64,000 bases of DNA. Origin: Candidatus Zambryskiibacteriota bacterium. GTDB taxonomy: Bacteria; Patescibacteriota; Minisyncoccia; Phycocordibacterales; WO2-35-19. The stretch lies in contig JAFGCQ010000004.1 in NCBI GenBank assembly GCA_016932555.1, positions 990 through 64,989 of the forward strand, written 5' to 3'. Position numbers and translations under genes: made by a program. Shown here in pieces: positions 49,589-58,452 of the stretch (position 1 is its first letter; the number at the start of each line of letters is the position of its first letter). Below the pieces are notes generated by a model. The model ran no database searches and had not been told where the DNA came from. It saw nothing but the letters and a program-made list of their open reading frames with translations.

Positions 49589-50692
49589 ATGAGGTACGAG
49601 ATAAAAATAGAAAAATTGCCAAAATCTGAGGTAAAACTGGAAATATCACTTCCAGCCGAATTTTTAGATGAAGCTAGAAAAAAAGCAATAAGGAAATTTT
49701 GCGCTGAATTGGAGGTACCGGGATTCAGAAAGGGTAATGTGCCGGAAAATATCGCCATCGAAAAAGTCGGTGAAAACAAAATATTACAGGAAGCAGTGAA
49801 TATCCTCCTACAGGAACATTTTCCAAAAGTGATAGAACAGGAAAAACTTGATATAATTGGTCGACCGAATATTTCTATAACTAAGCTAGGACTCGGCAGC
49901 CCAACAGAATTTAAGGTTGAGTTCGCTACTCTGCCCGTTTTCAAATTGCCAGATTATAAAGAGATAGCAAAAAAATTAAGAATTGCGAATAACGAATCAA
50001 GAAAAGAAAAAAAGATAGAAGTCACTGATAAAGAGGTTGACGATGTACTTTTACAAATCCGGAAAAATAAGGCTCATTTTGATTGGCATAAAAGTCATCC
50101 AGAAGAGAAATCCGCCCAAGGCGGATCCGCCTTGGACGGAGGCCACAATCATCCAGAAATAAGAGATGAGGATCTGCCGCCACTGGATGATAAATTAGCA
50201 GAGGAAGCTGGTAATTTCAAAAATTTGGATGAACTTAAGGCCAAAATCAAAGAAAACATAAAATTCGAAAAAGAAAATAAAGAAACCGAAAAATTAAGAG
50301 CCGAAATTATGGAAGAATTATTAAAAGCGACCAAAATAGAAGTTCCAGATATATTAATAGAGAGCGAAATCGATAAAGCTTTAGCCCAGATGAAAGGTGA
50401 TATTGGAAGAATAGGTGTTAAATTTGAAGATTATCTAAAGCAGGTCAAAAAAACTGAAGAGGATTTGAAGAAAGAATTAAGTAGTAGCTCAGAAAAAAAA
50501 GCCGGCATCCAGCTTATCTTTAATAAAATTGCCGAAGCTGAAAAACTTGAGCCTAACAAAGAAATTTTAGAAAATGAAATTAAACACCTGATGGAGCATT
50601 ACCCCGACGCCTCCGAACAAAACGCCCGCATTTATGTTACCACCATTCTCCTAAACCAAGAAGTATTAAAACTTTTAGAAAATCAAAAATAA
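49589..50692 (+). CDS. tig: Trigger factor, apparently lacking the PPIase domain
   Basis: N-terminal ribosome-binding domain (GFRKGNVP) joined directly to the C-terminal arm domain through a short linker. Confidence 0.8.
   Translation: MRYEIKIEKLPKSEVKLEISLPAEFLDEARKKAIRKFCAELEVPGFRKGNVPENIAIEKVGENKILQEAVNILLQEHFPKVIEQEKLDIIGRPNISITKLGLGSPTEFKVEFATLPVFKLPDYKEIAKKLRIANNESRKEKKIEVTDKEVDDVLLQIRKNKAHFDWHKSHPEEKSAQGGSALDGGHNHPEIRDEDLPPLDDKLAEEAGNFKNLDELKAKIKENIKFEKENKETEKLRAEIMEELLKATKIEVPDILIESEIDKALAQMKGDIGRIGVKFEDYLKQVKKTEEDLKKELSSSSEKKAGIQLIFNKIAEAEKLEPNKEILENEIKHLMEHYPDASEQNARIYVTTILLNQEVLKLLENQK
50111..50140. repeat. 30-nt near-perfect GC-rich palindrome, in-frame in tig
   Basis: TCCGCCCAAGGCGGATCCGCCTTGGACGGA. 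The central 18 nt are perfectly palindromic; one mismatch in the outer arms. Confidence 0.85.
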
Positions 50693-50696
50693 AAAT

Positions 50697-51290
50697 ATGA
50701 AAAACGAAATCAAAAATCAAATATTAGTACCGACAGTGATTGAAAAGACCCACCAGGGCGAAAGAGCTTTTGATATTTACTCAAGACTTCTTAAAGACCG
50801 CATAATCTTCCTGGGCGGGCCAATCGAAGATACTATGGCCAACCTTATTATTGCCCAGTTGCTTTTCTTGCAGTCTGAAGACTCCAAGAAAGATATTTCC
50901 ATTTACATCAACTCCCCCGGCGGCGCCGTTACTTCAACTTTAGCTATTGTGGATACTATTAAATATATTAAACCGGATGTAGCCACTTACTGTGTGGGCA
51001 TTGCTGCAAGCGGCGCCGCTTTGGTGCTTTCGGCTGGTTCTAAAGGCAAAAGATATATTCTCAAAAATGCTGAGGTGATGATACATCAGCCCATCGGTGG
51101 CGCTGAAGGTCAGGCTACTGATATTGCTATCACTGCTAAACACATTTTAAAAACCAAAGAAAACTTAAATAAAATGCTGGCTGAAAATACCGCCCAGCCG
51201 CTTAAAAAAATCGAACAGGACGCCGAGCGTGATTACTTTATGTCAGCCGAGGAGGCAAAAAAATATGGCATCGTGGACAAGATCTTATAA
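50697..51290 (+). CDS. clpP: ATP-dependent Clp protease proteolytic subunit
   Basis: Full-length family match with the GxASG serine site (GIAASGAA) and MIHQP. Confidence 0.9.
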   Translation: MKNEIKNQILVPTVIEKTHQGERAFDIYSRLLKDRIIFLGGPIEDTMANLIIAQLLFLQSEDSKKDISIYINSPGGAVTSTLAIVDTIKYIKPDVATYCVGIAASGAALVLSAGSKGKRYILKNAEVMIHQPIGGAEGQATDIAITAKHILKTKENLNKMLAENTAQPLKKIEQDAERDYFMSAEEAKKYGIVDKIL

Positions 51291-51293
51291 AAT

Positions 51294-51322
51294 TTGCGAA
51301 ATTTAGATAAATTTTGTATAAT
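51294..51322 (+). promoter_or_regulatory. Sigma70-type promoter upstream of rny
   Basis: TTGCGA, 17-nt spacer, TATAAT. Confidence 0.6.
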
Positions 51323-51476
51323 AGTTTTGTTAATCATTATTTAATTTAAATTTCGTAATTTCGTTTAAGAAAAAAGGGTGCTAAAAAACTAAAATGTCTT
51401 TGTTTTTCAATACAAAAGTGAAACTATTGAAATAAATTTCACCGCTCTAAATTAAAGCGGAATTACAACAAAATAT

Positions 51477-53006
51477 ATGTCATTAAAAATAGCAATGCTA
51501 CTCGCGGGGCTGGCAGCTCTTATTGGTGTAGGGTTCGGGTATTTTTTGCGATGGATTATATCCCTAGGCCAGAGAGGATCAGTAGAATTACGCATAAAGC
51601 AGATGGAACTTCATGCTCGAGAAGAAGCCAAGAGAATCACTGAAGAAGCAGAAAAAAAAGCTGAAGAGACTATCAAAGAAACCCGTAAAGAATTTAAAGA
51701 AAAAGAAGAAAAAATCAAAAAAACTGAAGATCGACTTATTAAAAAGGAAGAATTTTTAGACAAAAGACAAATTGATATCGACAAAGAAACTGAGCAAATA
51801 AAAGAAAAAATCACAGAAATAAAAACTATCAAGAACAGAGCTGAAAAATTAGAAAAAGAAAAAGAAGAAGAATTGCAAAAAATTTCAGGATTATCTGAGG
51901 AAGAAGCTAAAAAAACTTTAATCAAAGAAATGGAGAGGAAATATGAAGAGGATATAAGTGTAAGATTGCAAAAACTTGAAAACGAGAGCAATGAGAAAAT
52001 AGAAAACCGAGCTAAAGAAATACTTACCACTTCTATCCAACGCTTAGCTAACTCAGTCTCTTCAGAAGTTTTTTCCACTACAGTTACTATACCCTCAGAT
52101 GAAATTAAGGGTAAAATTATCGGTAAAGAGGGCCGAAATATCAAAGCTTTTGAAAGAGTTTCCGGTGTGGAAATCATTGTTGATGATACGCCCGGACTCA
52201 TCACCATCTCATCTTACGATTCGGTAAGAAGACAGGTCGCCAAAGTAGCTTTAGAAAATTTGATAACTGATGGTAGAATTCAACCGGTCAAAATTGAAGA
52301 AATGGTAGAAAAGGCTAAACAAGAAATTAATAAAATAATTAAAGAAAAAGGTGAACAAGCTACTTATGAATGTGGAGTATTCAATCTCGACCCTCGGATT
52401 ATTTCGATTCTAGGCAGACTGCATTTCCGTACTTCATACGGCCAAAATGTTTTACAACATTCAATTGAAATGGCTCATATTGCTAGTATGTTAGCCACCG
52501 AAATCGGCGCTAATGAAAATATTGCCAAAGCGGGTGCCCTACTTCATGATATTGGCAAAGCTGTGGATCATGAAATTTCTGGAACTCACGTAGAAATTGG
52601 CCGCCGAATTCTTCAAAAATTCGGTGCTGATGAAAGAATAATACGAGCTATGGAAGCACATCATGGCGAGCATCCTTACACTTCTTTGGAATCTTACATT
52701 GTTCAAGCCGCTGATGCTATTTCTGGTGCCAGACCTGGAGCTAGACGCGACAGTGTAGAAAATTATTTAAAGCGTTTGACTGAACTTGAAGCTATCGCCA
52801 ACAGTTTTGAAGGTGTAGATAAATCTTATGCCCTGCAGGCCGGCCGCGAAATCAGAATCTTTGTCACTCCAACTGAAGTCAATGATTTACAAGCTAAAGA
52901 TATGGCTCGTGAAATTGCAATTCGCATTGAAAATGAACTTAAATACCCAGGCGAAATTCGTGTGGTCGTCATCCGTGAATCTCGCAATATCGAATTTGCG
53001 AGATAG
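51477..53006 (+). CDS. rny: Ribonuclease Y
   Basis: N-terminal TM, coiled coil, KH (IIGKEGRNI), HD (LLHDIGKA). Confidence 0.9.
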   Translation: MSLKIAMLLAGLAALIGVGFGYFLRWIISLGQRGSVELRIKQMELHAREEAKRITEEAEKKAEETIKETRKEFKEKEEKIKKTEDRLIKKEEFLDKRQIDIDKETEQIKEKITEIKTIKNRAEKLEKEKEEELQKISGLSEEEAKKTLIKEMERKYEEDISVRLQKLENESNEKIENRAKEILTTSIQRLANSVSSEVFSTTVTIPSDEIKGKIIGKEGRNIKAFERVSGVEIIVDDTPGLITISSYDSVRRQVAKVALENLITDGRIQPVKIEEMVEKAKQEINKIIKEKGEQATYECGVFNLDPRIISILGRLHFRTSYGQNVLQHSIEMAHIASMLATEIGANENIAKAGALLHDIGKAVDHEISGTHVEIGRRILQKFGADERIIRAMEAHHGEHPYTSLESYIVQAADAISGARPGARRDSVENYLKRLTELEAIANSFEGVDKSYALQAGREIRIFVTPTEVNDLQAKDMAREIAIRIENELKYPGEIRVVVIRESRNIEFAR

Positions 53007-53030
53007 AAAAAACGCCTTTAGGCGTTTTTC
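53007..53030 (+). terminator. Bidirectional terminator
   Basis: AAAAACGCC-TTTA-GGCGTTTTT. Confidence 0.7.
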
Positions 53031-53095
53031 TTGAAAAAATCATCAACATTTTGGACGATCGTCAAATTTGTCAATGAAAAATTATATGATAAGCT

Positions 53096-54535
53096 CTAGA
53101 GTAAATCATAAGATTTTTCCTCCTTCGGATATACTGCATCAACATTCAAATAATCTTTAATGCGCTGGACTAAGAAAAGTGAAGATTTCGGCTCGCCCAT
53201 TATAACAAATACGCGCTTAAGTTTACTCTTTTTCTCCCTCTCCTTCGCAAAGAGAGAGCTACGTGTAGTGAGGGATGAGGTCGCTACCTTTTCTACAAAC
53301 TCCAGCAAATGCTCTGAGTCTTTGTGTGATGAATAACCAGTGATATTTTCTATGGTAGCCCTGACTTTCACTGCTTCTTTTTTCTTATTACCACCAGTGT
53401 TAATAAAAACTTTTTTTACTCCATCCTGTAGTGCTCTGCCCAAAGACCCGATAGATTGATAACCCACTAGAATAATTGTCGCTTTAGGATCAGGCAAATA
53501 ATTTGCCTCATGATTTACAATTCTACCCCCTTCCGACATGCCTGAACCGGCCATGATTATTTTAGTTCCTTCAGTTTTTTCTATTTCTTTGGATTCTTCA
53601 AAATTTTTAATAATTTTTAACCCAGGAAAATTAAAAATGTTATCACCTTGTTTAATTTCTTTTTGGATTAAATCTTTGAAATCAGAGGAATATTTTTGAT
53701 AAATAGCAGTTACCTTTTCAGCTAAAGGTGAGTCCAAAAATACCGGCACTTTGGCAATTTTTCCACCCTCTATCATCTCATTAAGTTCATAGAGTAAAAC
53801 TTGAGTTCTTTCTATGGAAAAAGCCGGTATAATAATCGCACCGCCTTTCTTTATACCTTCTTCTAGAGCTCTTTTAAATTTTTTTCTTCTGTCTTTTTTG
53901 TTTTCATGATTCCTATCGCCATAGACACTTTCCATAACAAGATAATCAACTTCTTTGGGAAATTCAGTATCAGGTAAAAGTAGTGATGGTGAATTACCTA
54001 AATCTCCAGTGAATGTTATTTTTGTTTTTGAAATCGTAACACTCAAAATAGCCGAACCTAAAATATGCCCGGCATTTTGCATTTCTAAAAAACAATCATC
54101 AAAAAGTTTTATCTTCTCTCCATATTTTTTACCTTCCCAAAAAGCAAAACTTCTTTCAATATCATTTTCATTAAAAAGTTCTTGTTTAGGGTATTTTGAA
54201 CGCATAACTTTAAGCGCATCTTGAAGCATGAGCTTCGCTAATTCCATTGTTTCTTTGGTAGAAATTATTTTGCCTTTGAAACCTTCCTTCACTAATTTTG
54301 GAATTCTACCAATATGGTCCATATGGGCATGGGTGATAAGTAAGAAATTTATACCTATCGGATTGTATTTAAAGGGTTTAAAATTTTTATCCTCGGCATA
54401 TTTTGTTCCTTGAAAAAGACCGCAATCAATCAGAATTTTTCTTTGATTGCATTCTAGCATTATATTAGCACCAGTAGTAGAACCTACGCCGCCAAAAAAT
54501 CTAAGTTTTTGGTCATCATTCATATTTTTCTTCAA
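53096..54535 (-). CDS. MBL-fold beta-CASP family RNA-metabolising hydrolase
   Basis: HAHMDHIGRIP motif; beta-CASP layout; C-terminal ...IMGEP. Confidence 0.8.
   Translation of the reverse strand: MKKNMNDDQKLRFFGGVGSTTGANIMLECNQRKILIDCGLFQGTKYAEDKNFKPFKYNPIGINFLLITHAHMDHIGRIPKLVKEGFKGKIISTKETMELAKLMLQDALKVMRSKYPKQELFNENDIERSFAFWEGKKYGEKIKLFDDCFLEMQNAGHILGSAILSVTISKTKITFTGDLGNSPSLLLPDTEFPKEVDYLVMESVYGDRNHENKKDRRKKFKRALEEGIKKGGAIIIPAFSIERTQVLLYELNEMIEGGKIAKVPVFLDSPLAEKVTAIYQKYSSDFKDLIQKEIKQGDNIFNFPGLKIIKNFEESKEIEKTEGTKIIMAGSGMSEGGRIVNHEANYLPDPKATIILVGYQSIGSLGRALQDGVKKVFINTGGNKKKEAVKVRATIENITGYSSHKDSEHLLEFVEKVATSSLTTRSSLFAKEREKKSKLKRVFVIMGEPKSSLFLVQRIKDYLNVDAVYPKEEKSYDLL
53236..53280 (+). repeat. 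Family B GC-rich element, degenerate copy, in-frame inside the beta-CASP gene
   Basis: CCCTCTCC..GAGAGAGCTACGTGTAGTGAGGGATGAGG aligns with 58407-58451. Confidence 0.6.
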
Positions 54536-54956
54536 CTTTATAATTTTCTAACTTGAATCTTTTTAACTCTTTTATATAAGCGTAAAAACACATAACAGTT
54601 GCTCCTAATACACCCATAATAAGATCCAGAACGGTATCAAAAGGATATTTAGGGCCAAGCATTACAGCTTCTCCGATTACTAATTCGTAAATTTCCCACA
54701 TTAAAGCTACAGCTACTAAACCCAAGATAGAAATTTTTAAAAATTCTATTAAATTTCTTTTTTTTGGTTTAAAAAGCTCCGTAAAGAAATATAACAAAAG
54801 AGAAAGAGCGCCTAAAGCAGTTCCAGCTAAAAAATGAACTAAGCTATCAAATTCCCAAACTGTCCAATAGAGATCATAATGATAAGCTATCTGATTTAAA
54901 ATCCCCACCAGAGCAAATAAAACAAACATTTCCCTAAAAAGCGGTTTATTTATCAT
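54516..54956 (-). CDS. Membrane protein (four TM helices)
   Basis: Hydrophobic ORF. Confidence 0.4.
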   Translation of the reverse strand: MINKPLFREMFVLFALVGILNQIAYHYDLYWTVWEFDSLVHFLAGTALGALSLLLYFFTELFKPKKRNLIEFLKISILGLVAVALMWEIYELVIGEAVMLGPKYPFDTVLDLIMGVLGATVMCFYAYIKELKRFKLENYKVEEKYE

Positions 54957-54995
54957 TTAATAATATAATATCATAAAAACTTAAAATCCCATTTA

Positions 54996-55026
54996 AAAGC
55001 GCTCGCCGCAAAGGCAAAGCGCTTTT
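54996..55026 (-). terminator. Terminator at the end of the spc/secY/adk/map/ndk block
   Basis: AAAAGCGCT/AGCGCTTTT stem. Confidence 0.6.
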
Positions 55027-55182
55027 GTAGGATTGTTTGTGATTATTCCCTAATTGCAAAAATTAAGGTGGGTGACCTCAATTGTATTGATTAGTTCTCG
55101 ATTGTTATCGAGCATCACCTCTTTACAAAGATATTGGTCTCCCTAAAAAAGTTCAAACTAGAAAATATCCAAACAATCCTAC
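55027..55182. repeat. 156-nt unit bounded by a 13-bp perfect inverted repeat, in the ndk 3' region
   Basis: GTAGGATTGTTTG (55027-55039) and CAAACAATCCTAC (55170-55182). Confidence 0.7.
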
Positions 55183-55194
55183 TTTAATTATACT

Positions 55195-55803
55195 CTATTC
55201 CAGTATTCCATCCAAGTTTACATCATACAAAATCTGTTCGGCAATTAAACGATAATTTACAAGCTCATTTTCCTTAAACCAAAGTTTTATCTCTTTATTT
55301 GCCTCCTCAGTCGAACCAGAAGCGTGTATCAAGTTGCGAACTGCCCGACCATCAGTGTCAGACACTATATATGAATCCAAAACAAAGTCTCCACGAATAG
55401 TGCCCACATCTGAAGTTCGGGGTTCTGTTCCACCAGTTACTTTACGCACCACTTCCACCGCGTGCGCCCCTTGCCAAACTAGCGCTACCACCGGACCTGA
55501 AGTCATATATTTAATTAAAGTTTCCAAAACTCTGTTTCCAGCTTCTATTGGGTTTTTTAAAGGGGGCTCTATGCCCTTTTTTTGATAGCTAGCGATAGCT
55601 TTTTCACCAGCTTTTTTTTGCCATTCCGGATCAACCGTGTAGTGTTTTCTTACAAAACTTGCATCAGGAACAACCATTTTTATCGCAATCATTTTTAAAC
55701 CCATCTTTTCATACCTTTTAATAATTTCGCCAATAAGGGATCTTTGTACACCATCGGGCTTTATAATTACTAGCGTTCTCTCTTTACTTGGATGATTATT
55801 CAT
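55195..55803 (-). CDS. ndk: Nucleoside diphosphate kinase (long form)
   Basis: ERTLVIIKPDGVQR start and NLIHAS active-site region. Confidence 0.8.
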   Translation of the reverse strand: MNNHPSKERTLVIIKPDGVQRSLIGEIIKRYEKMGLKMIAIKMVVPDASFVRKHYTVDPEWQKKAGEKAIASYQKKGIEPPLKNPIEAGNRVLETLIKYMTSGPVVALVWQGAHAVEVVRKVTGGTEPRTSDVGTIRGDFVLDSYIVSDTDGRAVRNLIHASGSTEEANKEIKLWFKENELVNYRLIAEQILYDVNLDGILE

Positions 55804-55838
55804 GATTCTAATGACTCTAAAATTTTTAATTTTTAAAA

Positions 55839-56633
55839 CTATCTTGTCAAAACTTCTATTCCATTCTTTGTAACCGCTACTGTATGCTCAAAATGAGCAG
55901 AAAGAGATTTATCACGAGTAATAAAGGTATAGCCATCAGAGAGACGCTTGATTTCACGACTACCTAAAGAAAACATCGGCTCAATAGCAATAACTAGCCC
56001 TTCTCTAAGTTCCGGCCCTTCGCCCCTCTCGGCTCGATTGGGTACATACGGTTCTTCATGGACACTATAACCTACCCCGTGACCTGACAAGCCTTCTATT
56101 ATGCCCAAATTGTATTTCATAGCCACTTGCATAATAGCCGCCCCAATATCACCTATATGGCCACCGATTTGCATAGTGTTAATGCCTTTTTCTAAAGCTT
56201 CATAAGTCGCTCTAATGAGAGTCGCGGCATCATCGCTAATTTTACCAACTGGTACAGTAATGGCTGCGTCAGTAATCATGGGTCTTACTTGTGGTGAACC
56301 AGTCAAACTATAAGTAAAACCCATATCCAAAGAAACGATATCTCCTTCAAATAAAATCCGATTGCCGTCATGATTTGGAATACCGTGAACAATTTCTTCA
56401 TTTATGGAAACACAAAGCGAGGCCGGGTAGGGTTTTGAAGCATCATCAGATTGATAGCCAAAAAAAGAGCCGACGCCACCCGCTTCATCGATAAGTTTTT
56501 CGGCGTAATCATTAAGCTCTTGAGTTTTAACCCCTGCTTTAACTTTTTGGGCCACTTTTTTTAAAATCTTCGCGTGAATCTTACCTCCTTCCCGCATCAC
56601 TGCTATTTCTTCTTCTGTTTTGTATTTGATCAT
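55839..56633 (-). CDS. map: Methionine aminopeptidase type I
   Basis: Family-typical metal-ligand segments (D..D..H..E..E). Confidence 0.9.
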   Translation of the reverse strand: MIKYKTEEEIAVMREGGKIHAKILKKVAQKVKAGVKTQELNDYAEKLIDEAGGVGSFFGYQSDDASKPYPASLCVSINEEIVHGIPNHDGNRILFEGDIVSLDMGFTYSLTGSPQVRPMITDAAITVPVGKISDDAATLIRATYEALEKGINTMQIGGHIGDIGAAIMQVAMKYNLGIIEGLSGHGVGYSVHEEPYVPNRAERGEGPELREGLVIAIEPMFSLGSREIKRLSDGYTFITRDKSLSAHFEHTVAVTKNGIEVLTR

Positions 56634-57220
56634 AATCCAATTTTGCTTATTATCTCTTTATGAACTTCATCGATTGTTTGTTCGCCGTTTATTTCTATAA
56701 ATTTATAATAGTGATTGTTTTTGAGATATTCCACAGTTGGTAAAACTTTTTCTTTAAACCAATCTAGCCTGTTTTTTATATCTTCTTCATTGTCATCAGT
56801 CCTGCCTCTATCTTTCATTAGCTTGGTAACCCATTCATTTGAAGCATTTATCGAAATAACCATTGGGTTCTCTCTTTCATAAAATTTTAAAGCATCACTC
56901 AGTATATACGCTTCACCAAGTTTACGAGGTGTACCATCAAAGAAAATAGTCACATCTGGAGAAAGCTCTTCAACCAAGCGCTTAGTCCAAATGTAGATAG
57001 GCATAAACTCAGGAACTAATTCACCCTGATCTAAAATTTTTTTGACTCTTTGGGATGTGAAAGATTGGGTTTGGGTAAGTTTTCTAAATCCTTCCCCAGT
57101 TTCTATATAGATAATTTTTTGCTCAGGATATTTTTTCTTAATTTCTTCCTGTAGGAGCTTAGCTTGGGTACCCTTACCGCAACCAGATGGCCCTAAAAAT
57201 ATGAAAGTTTGCGGTTGCAT
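56630..57220 (-). CDS. adk: Adenylate kinase
   Basis: P-loop GPSGCGKGTQ. ATG at 57220 preferred over the ORF-track start at 57247. Confidence 0.85.
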   Translation of the reverse strand: MQPQTFIFLGPSGCGKGTQAKLLQEEIKKKYPEQKIIYIETGEGFRKLTQTQSFTSQRVKKILDQGELVPEFMPIYIWTKRLVEELSPDVTIFFDGTPRKLGEAYILSDALKFYERENPMVISINASNEWVTKLMKDRGRTDDNEEDIKNRLDWFKEKVLPTVEYLKNNHYYKFIEINGEQTIDEVHKEIISKIGL

Positions 57221-57240
57221 GAAATAAGTATAACATAAAT

Positions 57241-57285
57241 CCCCCACTCGGGACTAGTCCTCGACCTCCCCTTGATCAGGGGAGG
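57241..57285 (-). repeat. Family B-related GC-rich element (hairpin CCTCCCCT-TGATC-AGGGGAGG)
   Basis: Shares both ends with 57657-57702; direct repeat flanking the DUF559 gene. Confidence 0.6.
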
Positions 57286-57305
57286 CAATGCGCGATAATT
57301 AGGAA

Positions 57306-57656
57306 ATGACAAGAGTTCATAATATCCGCAAACTTTCAGATCGCAGGAAAGAATTACGAAAAAACCAAACAAAAACCGAAGAAAAACTCTGGTGGTATTT
57401 GAAAGATAAGAGGCTGGGAATTAAATTCAGAAGACAGCACAGTATAGGAGGATATATTTTAGATTTTATATGCAAAGAAAAGAAATTGATTATAGAAATT
57501 GATGGTAGAGTACATTTGAAAAAAGATAATAAAGAATACGATAAAGTTAGAGACAAATATTTTGAAGAGTTAAATTATAAAGTTCTGAGATTTACGAATG
57601 ATGAGGTTGAAAATGGGGTTAAAGAGATTATTGATGTTATAAAGCGGTATCTTTAA
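57306..57656 (+). CDS. DUF559 (Vsr-like) endonuclease-domain protein
   Basis: TEEKLWWYLK...FRRQHSIGGYILDF...IEIDG..H...D..RD..L...GY.VLRF pattern. Confidence 0.8.
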   Translation: MTRVHNIRKLSDRRKELRKNQTKTEEKLWWYLKDKRLGIKFRRQHSIGGYILDFICKEKKLIIEIDGRVHLKKDNKEYDKVRDKYFEELNYKVLRFTNDEVENGVKEIIDVIKRYL

Positions 57657-57702
57657 CCCCCACCCCTCAATTCGTGTAGCCCTTCTCTTGATCAGGGGAG
57701 GG
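57657..57702 (-). repeat. Family B GC-rich element, inverted copy
   Basis: Its reverse complement aligns along the whole length of 58407-58451 (about 80 percent by eye). Confidence 0.75.
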
Positions 57703-57724
57703 AAAACCAAAATCATACAAAAAG

Positions 57725-57748
57725 AAAACCGCCATTCAGCGGTTTTCG
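57725..57748. terminator. Bidirectional terminator between convergent genes
   Basis: AAAACCGC-CATTCA-GCGGTTTT with T-runs on both strands. Confidence 0.6.
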
Positions 57749-57770
57749 GTTGAAAATCATTGAAGAGCGA

Positions 57771-58322
57771 TTATATCAAAATCCTCCCATTATACTCATG
57801 GAACCCGATTTCTCCACTGGTAGCCGTGAAAAAAATATGCTCCATTCCAGCAAAATTTTCGAATCCGCCCCCGAGAAAAATAGTGTTTTCATACTTAAGA
57901 AGGTTTTTATCATAGTTTCCTACACGAGTATCATTATAAAAACCGTGTGTAGCTAAACCTCGTCCACCATGGAATTCACGTTGTTTGTAGGCGTAATTAA
58001 GCGCCATTTTCAAAAAACTGATCACTTCCTTAGGATAACATCCAGAATAAGACATCCACCACACGGCCATCCATCTTCCTCTGGGTCTGAACCTATAAAA
58101 GATAGTGGTTGTACCGGCGGAAAAATCTGAAAGCGGTGTCACACAATAGTGATCTACCACTTTGTAGTTACCGGATACAAAAGTGATTCTTTTGTATCCG
58201 CTAGATTCTATGACTTTAACAGAATTCTTTTTGTTTCCAGCATATCCGTCAAGCATAGCATCGAAGAATACTTTTTCTGCTTTTTGAATGATTTTCTTTC
58301 TCTGTTTGGACTCTAGTTCCAC
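57771..58322 (-). CDS. Hypothetical protein, DUF5680-like (tentative)
   Basis: Pattern ...AMLDGYAGN...W.MSYSG....EVISFLK.AL...FHGGRG recalls DUF5680. From memory only. Confidence 0.4.
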   Translation of the reverse strand: MELESKQRKKIIQKAEKVFFDAMLDGYAGNKKNSVKVIESSGYKRITFVSGNYKVVDHYCVTPLSDFSAGTTTIFYRFRPRGRWMAVWWMSYSGCYPKEVISFLKMALNYAYKQREFHGGRGLATHGFYNDTRVGNYDKNLLKYENTIFLGGGFENFAGMEHIFFTATSGEIGFHEYNGRILI

Positions 58323-58406
58323 TGTTGGCTCCTTTCACCCATTAGGTCTGACTCAGGTTATACAACAATATAAAAATTAAAGCAAGAATAAAAAATACCG
58401 CGCGTT

Positions 58407-58451
58407 CCCTCCCCCGTCCAGGGGGAGGGCTACACGAAGTGAGGGGTGGGG
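58407..58451 (+). repeat. Family B GC-rich element abutting the secY stop codon
   Basis: CCCTCCCC-CGTCC-AGGGGGAGGG hairpin plus CTACACGAAGTGAGGGGTGGGG tail. Confidence 0.75.
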
Positions 58452-58452
58452 A

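Noticed and set aside
51611-52207. 198-aa Ser/Leu/Phe-rich antisense ORF within rny; similar shadow ORFs include 178-495, 24990-25442, 49576-49944, 60425-60892 and 62987-63403
   Set aside because: These are low-complexity mirror ORFs opposite strongly supported genes, typical of AT-rich Lys/Glu-rich coding regions.
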